Shown: positions 22,133 to 35,820 of the stretch, in pieces
Numbering within the stretch: position 1 is the stretch's first letter
Layout: the number at the start of each line of letters is the position of its first letter
Assembly: GCF_041146345.1 (NCBI RefSeq)
Contig: NW_027191414.1
Coordinates: 620,001 to 684,000 of the forward strand
Direction of reading: 5' to 3'
Length of the DNA stretch: 64,000 nucleotides
Source: Neodothiora populina
Taxonomy: Eukaryota
Notes under the pieces: model-generated
Seen by the model: only the letters and a program-made list of their open reading frames with translations
Databases searched by the model: none
Told to the model about the DNA's origin: nothing
Made by a program: the position numbers and the translations under genes

Positions 22133-24540
22133 CTACATATCGGTGGGATATCTTCCCTGAGGCGTCAATCCTCCAATACCAGGAGCTTGTCTGGTGTTCA
22201 TAGGCGGACCGCCTCTGCCGCGAGGGCCATTGCGGAAGCCACCCCTTGGTGCGCCCATTCCTGGGATGCTGAAATCAGGATTGGCTCCAAGGATCATGTC
22301 ATTATGTTCATTTCGTCGGGAAGGTGGAGGAGGCCCGTTGCCATATGCAGCGCCGCCGGCCATGCCACCTGGTGGCGGTCCAGCCCGCCAGTTGGGGTTG
22401 ACACCGCGTTGTGATACGGATGTAAAGTGAGAGATGTCGCTGCCCGCCGGCGACCGAGCACCCTCGGCAATGTTTTCATAACTGCTGTCTGGCTCAAGGT
22501 TATGGTGTGAAATTCCGCCGTGGCGTCCATCGTCTGCAGCGAGATGGCCTAGTGCACCAGGCATAAGGCTGTTGGGCAAAACGCTCGAGCGCTGCGGTGA
22601 TCCACTATCGTAAGTGATGGTAGGGACGGGCTCGGGGTCGACCGCGAAACGAGGATCAACGTCTTCGTAGTAAGCGTCCGAGCCTGCGCGTCTGTGGCTC
22701 GGCGAAGCAGTTCGCGCACCGTTGGTCATAGGCATAGGATAGTCGGCCTCGATGGGAGAGACGGGACCATGTTCCGGGACTGGTGGAGGCCCTGCCCAAG
22801 CCGTCCTTGGTGGCACATATGTTCTAAAGAAATCAAGTCAGTTTGGTGATATTATGACACTGGTCACGTTAAAACTTACTGTTGAGAGTAGATGCTTGAA
22901 GGCGTCGGTGGCTCAGGGTTGGAAGGGTTTCTCTGGCTCGTCGGAGTGATATCCCGCTGGTTTTGAGGGGTTAGATCCCTACGCACTTGAGGTCCATCAT
23001 GATTCTGGTGTCCATAAGTGTTCACTGTGTCCATCGGCGGCTGTACCATTGGGCTTCCGGTGCGCTCATCCATCTCGATTGCTTGGCCGATCGCAACGTC
23101 TTCGCTCGGATTCACAGGGGAGCTGTTGTTGCGGTTGAATGGCGGCAGACCAGGTGGAGGCATGTCGTTCTCGCCACCGTATGCAGAACCATAACCTGGC
23201 GGTGGTGGGCCTTGCTGTCCACGACCCATTGGCATACCAGCCACAACCATCGTGCTAGGTGCAAGGCCGCCTCTACCCATTGGCGGACCTCGCCAACCAG
23301 GTGGTGGAGGACCTCGCATGCCTTGTGGGCCACCTCTTCCTCTGTACATCATGCCTCCTCTACCAGGACCGGGGCCAGGGCCGGGACCGTAGCCACCGCG
23401 CGACCCGGGTCCGAAATTGGCTCGTGGTCCAGGTCCGTATCCTCCTCGTGGCCCATAGCCTCCTCTTCCTCTAGGCGGGCCATTAAATCCTCCGCGACCG
23501 CGATAATCTGGTGGCGGAGGACCCGTGCCCATGCCCGATTGCTGCGATTTGTTCGAGCCGTTGGAACCTACAGATCCCCTAGAGGCGTGATGTCTTAGAC
23601 CTGGAGGTGGTAGACCCTCTGCCATTGCGATCTCTCCATGTGTTATGGGGTTGCCGTACTGATCGCGTGGCTGCTCCCTCATGTAGTTGTTGTCGGGCAT
23701 TGGGGGTGCGCCATCCATGGCAATTGCCGGGTTGGTGTGGTGTCCAGAACTAGCGCTTCTGACGGATTGTGCACGAGGGTTGAGAGGAGTCCGGTCATCA
23801 GAGCTCTTTCTGTCCAGAGTGTTCGTCTCGTACGATGCGAACTGGGGGATCTTGGAGTTGTCCTCAATCGCGCCAGACATCGGTGGCGGACTATCGGCTC
23901 TCGGGAGCTCATCGGCAAGCATTCTAGGAGGCTGCATGTTGGCGTAATAGTTCTGACCATTCATGTCGGCATTTTCAGCAATGCGCTTCTTGCGCGCCTT
24001 TCGTGATACGAGTGTTCTTCTCATCGCGCAAGTGACAACGCCGCTTGCAATGATTAGAATGGTAGCCGCCAGAACAATCCATCCTCCCCACTGCATGTGC
24101 GGAACAAAGAGGAGGATGTCCACGAGGAAGGCCAGAAGCGCGACCAGCAGGGTTGGGAATGTCAATATCAAGAGGGCCAGCAAGTAGCGGGGCGAGTGAG
24201 CTGGGGAATGGAAGTGAGCAGCAAAGGCCAGGAAGAAGCATATCAGAGTAAGAAGCGCCGCAACGGGGTGCACAATAAGGATGCCAGAAAGCGAATGTCT
24301 TGCGCTGTAAGGTAGAGAAAAGTCATTGTCATCGGTAGACCCGCTTATGCTGCCAGTGCTGTAGCCAACTTTGGTGGTACAAACATCACCTCGACAGTAT
24401 CCGAAAACGCCATAATCGACACCGTCGAAGCTGGCCAGGGGGATGACTTTGATTATTGGAGTCGATATTGTAGCAAGCAGTAAAAGAACAAAAGCGACCA
24501 GAAAAAGAATGGTAAGCGGGGTCGCTGGCCGTAGTAACAT
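22133..24540 (-). CDS. palI: pH-response regulator PalI/Rim9 (Sur7 family); intron 22879-22824
   Basis: MLLRPATPL..LLLLATISTPII..YGVFGYC N-terminus, four hydrophobic segments, CAMRRTLVSRKARKKRIAEN and a long Pro/Gly-rich tail. Intron is GTAAGT..ACTGAC..TAG. Confidence 0.9.
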
Positions 24541-26174
24541 GATGGGCTAAAGTCAAGATAGACAAGTCGATATAGAAGTTTTGACGAGAGATGGTCTCGA
24601 TCAAGGATCGCGCTTGTGCGATGGCATATGTCTGTAAGGCACTATGCTGTACCTGCGATATGCCTGTACCCTTTGGGATTCTTGGAGTCCGGCGCGTGGT
24701 GTCACGGGGGCCTGCAGCTTCAATTTCCTGTCAAGACAAGATACCTGGATGAGATGCAGCTTGATGCAGACTGATGCAGCAGAACGACAACCCGCGCGTG
24801 GAGAGTGTGCGACGGGGGGAACGGTAAATTAGATGTGAATCTGAGCGAGTGTAACAGATGTCGGCGCTTCAAACACACGCGCAACAAGGATTCGTGAATG
24901 TCAGAGAGATTGAACCGTCCCAAGAAGAAGCAGCAACGAGGCAGCGAGACAGGGTGATTTGGAGAAGAGAGAATTGAGAAAGCGACGACAAGACAATACG
25001 GTACCAGACCTGAACAGTGGGGGGGGCAAGAAAGAGGCGGTGCTGGGCACTTGTGCGAGCAACCAGGATACACACACACACACACACAGGTCGAGGGACA
25101 GATTGAGGGCCAAAGAAGGGGCGGCATTCACTTCTACTCCACGTTACTGGGCCATGTGCTTGACGCTAATTCCGATTAACGGCGTCCGCTATAATACCTT
25201 AATTCGCGCCAAACAAGCCTGCTTGACCCGTCCTTGCACCACTTTCCTCCGCCAAAAAAATGGCAGACGTTGATGTTGTCAAGGCTTCGTCGTCGTTTTC
25301 GAGTCACCTTGCGCAGCAACAGAGTGCTAAAGTCGTTGAAGCGCGAGCACAAGCCAATCGCCAGTGCGACAAAACAAGGTCAACAGAGTCGCGTCTCAGG
25401 TCATTGCAAGTCATGCTCTCCTTGAGATTGGACACGGCTCGATTGTGCGATCGTACTTTCGGCCAAAAGCCTCAATTACAGCCCCCGGGTTGCGTGATTG
25501 GCCCGGTTTTGCTCCAGGCTCTACCAAGGTGCAGCTTGTCTGCGAAGTTTGGCCAAGAGCAGCACGCGTCTTTAATCACACTCTGATAGTCTAGAGCCTC
25601 ATGCTGCTGGATTGACTTGTACTTGTTTCAGTATTTCGTATGCTTTAGTCGTCTTGTCCGATCTTACTCATTCGTGTAATAAAAGGAGTCAACTTCAGTT
25701 TATACATTTCTCGTACCTGTCTCGTGCCCTAAGGTACCTTACCTTACACTAGACTCGCGACGACGTATTTCGTAAAGCCCCGACAGAGTTCATGCCATCC
25801 ACACATCCAGCGCTCGCTTTGTCCTTCTAAGGTTCTCTCCGCATTTCACAATTATATCCCCACTTTTTTAGCCGATCCCTGTCAAAGCCTTGAAATGAAC
25901 CAAAGTCCGGATCCTTCGAATCGATAAGACTCAGGTACAAGTAATATTCACGCATTGGCATTACCGACGACGACCAGCCTACTTGTATACGACAGCCACT
26001 CCAGCCTATCGACTCTTATGACAACACATCACATAGTTCGCTGTAGTGATGCCAGATGCAGGCCTGTCCAACGCAGATGAAACCCTTTATCTTCGCGAAA
26101 TGTTAGACTCTACGCGTGGACCATCATGTCATATAATCTTCGTGTGCTCTGGCAAGCTTTCCCAAGATAAGCTC

Positions 26175-28316
26175 TCACCATATCTCCTGCCATCTCGAGC
26201 CTCTTGTCAGATTACCGGAATTAGGGCCCTTCTTTAGAGCCCAGATTGCCCAGTGAGCACCCACAGTCGGTCTCGCCCTAAATACCGCTAAGCCTTCTTC
26301 AAATCCTTCGACCCAGTATCTATCACTAAATGGCTGCGTATTTTTACGGTTCGCGAGATATGCATGTGTGTCGTCGATAAACATGTCCCTTGTGCTATCT
26401 TCTGACACGGCAGCCATCCAAAAGTCCCAATCTGTCTTCCCCCACAGTGCGTCTCCATCTATAGGTACACCAGAGCTTCGTCGCACTGTCGGATAGAACT
26501 GACTCTGCTCAACGTAGACGCGGGGATCGAAAGTGGATAGATTGAAGAGCGCCGATGGAAAAATGTTGAAGGTAAGGTAAAATATACCATCTCCATACGT
26601 GAGGTCGAAATATGGTTGGTGACTTCGAGCGTCCGTTTCGACCCCAAGACCATCGACTATCTTGTGCGCGAAAGAGGAGCCTAAATCCGTCCATGTCTGT
26701 CGTTTCGTGATGGAGCCATAAGCAGAGAGCGCAACAGCAGCCTTGACGGCCAGACTGGTCATGTTAGCGTATCCGCCGAGACCATCTGTAGTGGACAACT
26801 GCCATTCTGGGTAAAGACCATAATCAGATATATATGTGGCCCATTGTTCCAACAGTTCACCATACTCTGACGACCAGGAAGTATCGCCAGTCGCTTGTTC
26901 GTAAGCTTTGATCATGAGGATCATGTTGCCTGTCTCCTCAATGGGCATCTGTTCATCGATGCCATCATCATGGCCTGAGGCTATTGGATAAGAAGCTCCG
27001 AGATCATGGATGGCCCAAGGGTGAGGGTATCTGCCAGCTTTGGAGTACTGGAGTACAGGATCCAACAACAATTTGATCCATTGCGGACAGAAAACGTAGA
27101 AAATTGGGAATAGCGGATAGATGATGTCCACGGTGTTGAGGTTACCATCGCTTGATATCTCCTTGATGAAGGCTTTGGCCTGACTGATATTCCGTGTATC
27201 GGCAGGATTTGTCAGGTCTATCGCACCAAAAACCTGTCTAGTCGATAGTGCCAGGATATCTGAGTAGTTCGAGCCCGCCAATTCTTTAGCTGTTGTGTCG
27301 ATAGTCGAGTCCAGATCGCAAGCCTCACTCAAAGCACTCTCGTAATCACCAAAGAAGTGTTCGACAACACTGGCAATATCTGGATAAGCAGAGCGATAGT
27401 AGTGGGTCTCGGCCGAGCCGAGATAGTCAATTGCCTCCTCGCGTACTACGCCTACGGCCAGTCGCACTGTGATCCCTTGGGATAAAGTAGGACCAAGCTG
27501 ATAAGCAAACCCTCGAAATCCATTCTCGTAACATGAATCACTTCCTCCATTCAGTACTCCATTGCTCTGGAACTGCTTCTGGAGTGTAGTAGCGGGACCA
27601 GATCCGAAGCTAAGCATGCCAGCGGTACGTTGCTCTGCTGCATACACAACCCGACCCCAGAGAGCCATCTCGTCGTCTGATTCCTGAAAAGTGGCGCCGT
27701 TCGCGCTTATGTCATGGATCGAGGTATTGCCAAATTGATAATGAGAACATTCCGCCGCTTTTGGTTGGCCAGTCCAGTCTTCACCAATACCTGTGTACAG
27801 TTGCAAGGACTCCGCTTTGCCAATGGCACTGATGGTCAAACAGGAGAAAGGCAGCGACTGACGAACGTAATCGTCGAAAGAGACGGGTGAGAAGAAATCA
27901 AGTGTAAAAGTCTCCGTCGCAGCACGAACCTCAAATATGCTATGTGTCGATGTATAGTTTGCATTGATGAGGGTCGCCGACCTGAAGTTCGATTTCTTAG
28001 TCTTCGCACCCAAAAGGCTGTATGTATGCCCGTCGATCCTGGCCAACACCGTCCACGAGACCTTGTTCCCAAACCAGAACTCTGGCTGAGCTGCAGAAAT
28101 TGTCTCTGCTTGGCTTCCTGGTAACCAGACTGTGCTTGTGCTTAGCTTACTCTACTACGTGTATTTGAGCCTACTGGGAATATTACCGGACAGATAGGGG
28201 TTTCGGACAGCTAGAGGATAAGATGGAGGTTGGATCGGGCTGAAGGAGGCATGTGCAGTCACTTCATGATGCCCGATCAAGATCCCCAAAGTCCATTTGG
28301 CTAGGTTGACCATCAT
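26175..28316 (-). CDS. Glutaminase A (GtaA)-like protein; intron 28186-28130
   Basis: PPSYPLAVRNPYLS|VWLPG, FIKEISSDGNLNTVDIIYP, WAIHDLG..YP.ASGH, MPIEETGNM, KTDW and RARPTVG motifs. Confidence 0.88.
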
Positions 28317-29994
28317 CGAGTATTTACAAGTGAGAGAGCCATCCAGCAATGCGACGCAGTACAAAAGTATGGTGAATGTCATCACTGAGACTACAGCACA
28401 GTAGGCAAAGACGGGTTTTCCGACAATCCTCCCCCATCCAGTAGGCTGCACAGCTCTACTTTGCCCCGATATCGTTCCATAGTTGGTACCTGGTGAAGCA
28501 TACATGATCTCCTTCAGTTGGACGTCGGATGCTGAAGGGAGGAAAGGTCATGTAAGAGATGCATGCGAACCAGAGGATGTCAAGTCACAAGTGATGATCA
28601 TGCATGCGATGTTTACGCGACTTCCGTAGAGCAGTGCCCGATTGATCGTTGATTTAACAGAGCTTTGTTCATTACAACCCCGCAGACTGCGCAAGTTGTA
28701 GTAGGATGATGTATGAAGTGAAGTTGTCACACGATCACTTGAGACACATACTGACCTTCGGGAATGGCTTGCTTTCCAGAGCCACAGCAGAGTCATAGTC
28801 CAGAAAAGACAGTGCTATACAGTAAAGTGGTTGGACATTCACTACCAGCTTTCAAAGCTTACTTTACGTTATGGTGGAGTTGAGGTTGGGGTTCACGTTG
28901 CATGTGACGGAGAATCGATCCACCGGCGTCCGATCAATAGGATGCAGCGACATACGAGACCATTTCTTCTACTTATCATCTCTTGTACGACTGAGCTGGT
29001 TTGGAAACATTGTGCGTAAAGGCACGGACCCAATGAGCAGTAAATGAAGAGATGGGCATATATAAGAACGTAGTCATGCTTAGAGGTCCGCTTGGCGCGG
29101 ATGTTCAGGACGCGTAATTTGATCGCCTCGCTATCAAAAGAACTGTTCATCACCATGAACCTCGTCATTCACCCATTGGTAGTCCCGTAATGCATATTAG
29201 TCGAAGGAATGTGGAGGAACGAGTCAGAGCTGCGCATCCTATATACTGTGGATACGCATTCAAGTAGGTCGAGTATAGAACAGATGAAGATGCGAAGGGT
29301 CAGCCTCGAAAGCGAAAGCACAGTCAAAGGTGTGTTTCGGACATACTGTCCATGGTCGAGTTGCTCAAGCTTCATGATTGACTGGTGAGAAGTGTACGTG
29401 GAGACATCACGGCGGCGGCAGCAGCAGCAGCAGCACAGATATCACGAAAGGGCCAATCGGTATGGTTCTTGCGCAGAAGCAGCAGCGCCACCTTGTCCGT
29501 TTTCCAACGATTTGTGTGCTGTACAGTGTAGTATGTGTACTTGCAACTGTAGTAGTGAGCTGTTAAGCTGTGAGGCTCATGGTACCTTAACTAAGGTGGG
29601 TAGGGCGTTAGGAGTGGGTACTGTACATTAGGTGGGAGGTCCGGGGCTAGACGGAAGCCGAGAATGCAACGGTGGACTGGCTGCTTCTGTTCCGTGCTTT
29701 TGCTCTAGAGACAGCGCTGGCGAGATAGTATGCAGTAAAGTACGGTAGAGTAGTAGTGGTTATAGTAGAGGTACTGTATACCTTACTGCGCTGTACACAG
29801 CAGAGGCACAGTACAAAGCGCAAGCTGGCCCAAGGCATTTGTACCTTTCCACTATCCGAAGCCACCATTTATACCTACAATAATACATTACATACTTTCA
29901 TATAATCCACTCTTCTCTCTCATTGACCCTTTCCTCCTCTCAAACCGCTAAATCAACTGACCATTTGGATACGGCCCCTGGCGTTCTCGTAGAG

Positions 29995-32033
29995 ATGTCT
30001 GGAAAGTTCGTGAGAGCGTCGAAATACCGTAAGTAAACACAGCCACGCGACACGTCGAAAGGCAACCTACTGAGCCCAGGAAACAGGACACGTTTTTGGC
30101 AGATCTACCAAGAAGGTATGCGCGCATGCTGTTCGACTCGACTATCGCCACATTAATTGACACTGCTGCCTCCAGGAACAATGTTACGATAACTTGAGGA
30201 TCTCCAAGAACGCCTGGGACACCAACCTGATCAAGGTCGGTCAAGGAAGATGCGACGGAAGGACATGACACCTTTCTTACCCCCTCGATAGGCAAACCCC
30301 AAGTATCTTTCGGTCAATTGGGAAGCCAGCGGAGGTGGTTCTTTTGCTGTCATCCCAGTCGACGAGAAGGGAAAGCTCCCCGAGATCCTACCGCTCTTCC
30401 GTGGCCACACCGCCGCCGTCCTCGACACCGACTGGAGTCCTTTTGACGATTCGCTCATTGCGTCCGGATCTGACGACGGGAAGGTCTTCCTCTGGAAAGT
30501 CCCCGAGAACTTCTCACTCTACCAAGACACCGAAGAGCCCGTCGATGTGTCCCCTGTTGCCAAGCTCACTGGCCACACTCGCAAGGTTGGACATGTCCTC
30601 TTCAACCCTTCCGCCGAGAACGTTCTCGCCAGTTCATCTGGCGACTACACCATCAAGCTCTGGGACGTCGAAGCCCAGACTGCGCCCCTCACCCTGAAGC
30701 ACAATGACATCGTCCAGTCGCTCTCCTGGTCTGCTGATGGTGGCATGATGGTCACCACGTGCCGCGACAAGAAGATCAGATTCTGGGACGTCAGACAAGA
30801 GAAGGCTGCCTACGAGGTTCCGGGACACGCTGGCGCAAAGAACAGTAGAGCTGTGTGGATGGGCGAGCACGACAGAGTCGCCACCACCGGTTTCTCGCGT
30901 ATGAGTGACAGGCAGTTGGGTCTCTGGGATGTGCGCAACCCCGCGGAGCCTATCAATGGATTCGAGATCCTCGACTCCATCAGCGGTGTGTGCATGCCTT
31001 TCTGGGATGACAGCACTCAGATGCTCTACCTTGCCGGCAAGGGGTGAGTCTTTTTCTGGACTAACGCATTTCATGCGCTTTCGGCTGACGACGAGGAAAC
31101 AGTGACGGTAACATTCGATACTACGAATACGAGAACGACAAATTCCAGTACCTGTCGGAATACAAGTCGGTGGAGCCCCAGCGCGGTATCGCTTTCGTAC
31201 CAAAGCGCGGAGTCAACACCCACGACAACGAGGTCATGCGCTGCTACAAGACGGTCAACGACGCCTACATCGAGCCCGTGTCGTTCATCGTCCCCCGCCG
31301 TGCTGAGGTCTTCCAGAACGACATCTACCCTCCCGCGACTGGCACCAAGCCATCCATGTCTAGCAGCGAGTGGTTCGGCGGCAAGGAGGCAGCTCTGCCC
31401 AGCAAGATCACCATGGAGAGCCTGTACGAGGGAGAGACTCCCGTCGAGATTGCAGCCGAGAAGGCGCCCAAACCCGCCGATGTCAAGGCCACACCAGCAC
31501 CCACGCCGGCGAATGCACCCGAGCCCACCCCAGCACCAGCAAAGACGGAACCAACCCCCCAGCCAGCCGCCGCTCGCTCACCGCCCGCCTCGGGATCCAT
31601 GAAGGACAACCAGCAGAGCATGGCAGCAGCTGCCTCCAAGTTCGCCGACAAGGACGCCGAGGAGTCATCGGACAACGACGCAAGCAGCTTCGAGGAGGTT
31701 CCCAAGCCCATCGAGCGTCCTCGCGCCGCCGCCGCTGTCGTCGCAGAGAAACAGGAAGGAAAGACCGGCGTCAAGACGCCACCCAGACAGCAATCATCAT
31801 CCGCCGAACCCACGAAGACCACTTCTGCTCCCGCTGCCGAGCCAGCAGCTATTCCATCCCTGGCCTCTTCGACCCAGGAGTCGGCTCCTGCTCCTTCGCC
31901 AGCTAAGGGCGCGGCCGAGGGCATCAAGGGCGTGCTGCAGGACATCAAAGGTATGCTCGCGGCGCAGTCTAGCCAGATCGAGAACTTGACCAAGGAGGTC
32001 GCCGAGCTCAAGGCTCGTCTCGGGGACGCGTGA
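29995..32033 (+). CDS. CRN1: Coronin; 5 exons (introns 30029-30086, 30116-30175, 30236-30291, 31044-31102)
   Basis: MSGKFVRASKYRHVFG, WD40 repeats, LAGKGDGNIRYYEY, VSFIVPRRAEVFQNDIYP and a C-terminal coiled coil. Confidence 0.95.
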
Positions 32034-33598
32034 GGATTCGATCGGTCTCTTGAGGATTTGATCGCGCTTTACCTTGGGGGATGATTGAATAGGAGAAGTG
32101 GCAATTGGGGAAGGGGGAAGAGGGAGTTGTGGAGAACGAGATATCTTTCCCTTTCAAGTCCAATGAGAAAGCAAAGCAAGTCAATCGGTGTTTTTGAGTC
32201 AGTGCGAGTCTAGTCTGTTGTGGATGTTATTGTTGGACTCATCCATTGTTCACTCCCATGATCGGTCGACCCCGTCTTGCCCGCTCTCTCGGGGTCTTTC
32301 AGTCCGTCTTGTTTTTCTGGAATATAGATTGATTGCTTTTGGTATACAGAAAAAACCCCAACAAATTCGCAGCCCTCTCCCTATTCTATCTCTTGTTACA
32401 TTGCAGTGCAGTCTGATTCAATCCGATTCAATTCAATCTGCATATTCCAATACAATGCACTGTACTCTAACACTGCAGTAGATCGCAACACAATCTATCC
32501 ATTCAATATTTCCAGCACATGCGATGACTCCTCGTTCTCTTCGTCATACAGAGCGCAAAATCAGCTCGAGCGGGGAAGATATAGAGGGCGACCCTGTCCC
32601 GGGCCCGGCCTCGTCTTCGATACCTCGCAATCCGATCTCCCGGCCATTCATATCTCTTTGATTTACACGAAGTACAGAGGACCTGGATTTAGTCAATGCT
32701 TCACTCTTTGACGAATGGTCGGTAAGGACAGAGGGAATGAGTCTTCGATAGTATGCACTAAAAACCGTAGTGACTTGTCAGTCTTTCCCGGATGAATGAT
32801 CGATGAGTCGTCGGTGAATGGTCACCGGCCATGCAATGAATAAGTATGCTTCTCTGTGATAATTTCACTTGAAACGAAGATGCCCAGGAGCGACAATGCA
32901 TGACCATGTGATGAAGACGAGCAGGTCCATGACATTATCAAATGATCAGATGACACGGGAGAAGAGGGAAGAGGATCTCCATTATGTGGAGAAATCCTAG
33001 TGGTATAGATCCGTCATAGTTTCTGGTGAAGAAAGTGAGTGAAACAAGGAAGGAACGACGGCCACCCACCCCTTGCTATGGTAACACACAGGCAGGAGCC
33101 GCCGGGGCTGAGAGATCACCTGTGGTACAATGCATATTTGAACTACTTGTCTTCACTCGTAGATGGGAGGTGGTGATTGTATATGGAAATTGATAAAACT
33201 TGTGTAGGTGTACAGAATGCGAGGCATGTATAACCTTGTCGTTAGTGTATCTTCATAAGGGATCTCTCCTTCTCCTGCTTGTTTCTTCTTCTTCTTCGTC
33301 TTCCTCACTGCAGACTGTACCATGAACAAGGCCGTGAAGAAAGTCTGGTGAGGAGGAAGGAGAGCAACATATGATCGGTACAGATGTGAACAAGTAAGTC
33401 AAGATAGGTGAAAGAGTGAAGTCAGGGTGAATAAGTAGGAGGGGGTATCTCTTGATTTGTCTATATGTTTTAGTATACAGGTCATTTCTATTTCTCTCGC
33501 ATCGTTCCTTTTCTTTCCATTCACTCTTGTTCCACGAACGAAGAGGATAATCTTTATCGTACATGAGCAATATTGAGTTGCCTGACTGCGACCACAAA

Positions 33599-35548
33599 CT
33601 AGATCAAGGCCTGGCCCTTGAACATGCCCTCTCTGACCTCCTTGACAATATCTCGTCTGTCACCTTTACCGACCAGCACCAGAGCCCTGCCGCGACGGCC
33701 CATACGTCCGACGCGACCCAGACGGTGGATAAAGTCGATACTGGTGTGAGGGACGTCGTACAACACGACTGTCTTCACAAGTAGAGTGTCGATTCCTCTG
33801 GAGCCGAGATCGGTCATGACGAGGACTTTGACATTGGCTAATTGGCGTCTGCCGCTTGCGGGTGCGGCGAGAGGCGTGCTTGTTGTTGGCGGCGATGGCG
33901 ATGGCGACTTCTTGCCGTATTTGTCGCTGTTATTCGACGTGGTCGCGACACCGGTAAAGTCGTCCAGGACATCAGTCTGTTTGCGGTCGTTGGTGTCTCG
34001 GTTCAGAGCGACGGCGTCGACGCCCTTGGATTGAAGGTAGTCGGCCAACTCAATGGTCTTTTCGCGCTCGTTGACAAACACGATGACGCGCTTCGTGACG
34101 TCGCGGCTCTCCTCTGCGCTCTCGGCGATCTCGCGACCCAGGTTCCAGATGGTGTCGGCGCAGGCGAGGTTTCTGTTGCCCTTGTAGGGATCCTTTTCGA
34201 CGTCGACGACACTGAGCTGGACACGACGGGGAATGGCGTGGAGATTGGGAGTGGCGAGACGGCGGGTGTCGGGGAACTTCTTGCGGAGGTACGAGTCGAG
34301 ACTGCGGGGGATCGTGGCGGAACAGAGAACAAGCTGTTTCAGACTGGGGGTGGCGCGGTCGAGGATGCTGCCGGTCAGAGGAGTGAAGGAGCGATCAAGG
34401 AGAGAGTCGGCCTCGTCGATGACCAGATGAGTGACGCGCGAAAGGACGTTTGGGTCGCTCTCGGTGATACTGGACAGAAGATGAGGGGTGGAGATGAGGA
34501 CATCGATGCCGGCAGGAGAAAAGAGTCGGTTGCGGATGACTTGACCGCTGAAAGCAGCCGAGACCAAAGCAGACCTGAACTTGACTGTGTGAGAGAGCGA
34601 CTTTGCCACGGCTCCGACCTGCGAGACCAGCTCTGCGGTGGGCAGCAGGATGATGGCACGGGGACGACCGGTGGTGGGATGGGCGTCGTTCGAAAGAGGT
34701 GGCGGCTCGAGTTCGAACACATTTCCTTTGCGCTTTTTCTCCGCCTCCTTCTTGGCCGTCTCGGAGGCCTCTACTTCCGTGTCAACTATCTCCTGGCGCT
34801 TGATGGCGTCAATGATGGGCAAGAGGTAAGCCAGAGTCTTGCCGGATCCCGTCTCGGCCGCCAAGAGGAACTGCTGCATGTCCGACTTGTCCGACGTCTC
34901 TTCAAGCGGCGCCGGTGTCTTGTGCCTCCTCTTCTTTCCATCCGTGCCCAGCAGGGCTGGTATAGCGAGTCGCTGGATCGGAGTCGGCGAGATGTCTGCA
35001 AGGCCCTTCAAGGCTTGCGAGGCGACGGCTTCCTGGATCGAAGGCAAGAGGTCGAAGTCGGAGAAGGAGTCGACGTCTGCTATGCTCTGCTTGACCGAGG
35101 CGCGATGGCCGTAGGAGACAGGAGCGAGGGCACGCTGCATCTTGAGTGCCTTGTATGGATCTGCCGACTTGGCGGGCTCTTTGGCGCCTCCAGGCTTGAA
35201 GCGAGACGCTCTCTTCTGTTCGGCGGCGGAGATCTTGTTGAAGGCCTTGCCTCTGATGTCGGCCGAGGTCTGGTTCATGGCGCCAAAGGGACTGGTGGTG
35301 CGCCGTCTGACCGGTCTCCCACTCGGGGCAATCTCTGGCGTCGACTGGCGCACTTTGGGCGAGAGAGTCATCCTCGAGGGTCGTGATTTCTGCTCACTGG
35401 CCATGTTGCGTATGGAGCCCAGTCCACTCGTGCCTCCCATACTCGGCCGCCATGATGCGCGCCTGGCGACACTGCGAAACGGCATCTGCATCGAAGCCAG
35501 CGCCGAGGCCTCGCAGAAGGGACACAGCGAAGAGAAAGCGGAAGACAT
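33599..35548 (-). CDS. MRH4: Mitochondrial DEAD-box RNA helicase Mrh4-like
   Basis: AAETGSGKTLAY, PTAEL, DEAD, SAT, SRGID and HRLGRVGRMG motifs, with an Arg/Ser-rich presequence-like N-terminus. Confidence 0.88.
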   Translation of the reverse strand: MSSAFSSLCPFCEASALASMQMPFRSVARRASWRPSMGGTSGLGSIRNMASEQKSRPSRMTLSPKVRQSTPEIAPSGRPVRRRTTSPFGAMNQTSADIRGKAFNKISAAEQKRASRFKPGGAKEPAKSADPYKALKMQRALAPVSYGHRASVKQSIADVDSFSDFDLLPSIQEAVASQALKGLADISPTPIQRLAIPALLGTDGKKRRHKTPAPLEETSDKSDMQQFLLAAETGSGKTLAYLLPIIDAIKRQEIVDTEVEASETAKKEAEKKRKGNVFELEPPPLSNDAHPTTGRPRAIILLPTAELVSQVGAVAKSLSHTVKFRSALVSAAFSGQVIRNRLFSPAGIDVLISTPHLLSSITESDPNVLSRVTHLVIDEADSLLDRSFTPLTGSILDRATPSLKQLVLCSATIPRSLDSYLRKKFPDTRRLATPNLHAIPRRVQLSVVDVEKDPYKGNRNLACADTIWNLGREIAESAEESRDVTKRVIVFVNEREKTIELADYLQSKGVDAVALNRDTNDRKQTDVLDDFTGVATTSNNSDKYGKKSPSPSPPTTSTPLAAPASGRRQLANVKVLVMTDLGSRGIDTLLVKTVVLYDVPHTSIDFIHRLGRVGRMGRRGRALVLVGKGDRRDIVKEVREGMFKGQALI

Positions 35549-35780
35549 TATTTGAGTTGATGTGCAGTAGTAGTGCTGTCCGTGTCAGTGTCCGTATCTG
35601 GTGCCGGGGAAAATCATAAACATAAAAATATCCTCAAACAGAGCAAACATTTACTTGTTCTTCTAACCAGAACGGGCGAAGTCACCAAGTAGAAGTGACT
35701 AAGAAAAGACAATCGCCCCCGTTGCACGGTTGGATAAGCGCACAGATCTCTCTCCAGTCCTATACCCCGACTGTGGGTTG

Positions 35781-35820
35781 GAACTAGTCTAGTTCATGGC
35801 GCAATGTTTACAAGTAAACA
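35781..35820. promoter_or_regulatory. Inverted forkhead sites plus a second palindrome in the MRH4/BUD4 divergent promoter
   Basis: TGTTTAC-AA-GTAAACA at 35805-35820 and GAACTAG-T-CTAGTTC at 35781-35795. Confidence 0.55.

Noticed and set aside
33842..35386. 514-aa + strand ORF and similar long antisense ORFs over DPS1, CRN1, CCT8 and URA7
   Set aside because: These are shadow frames of GC3-rich genes with no recognisable protein features.
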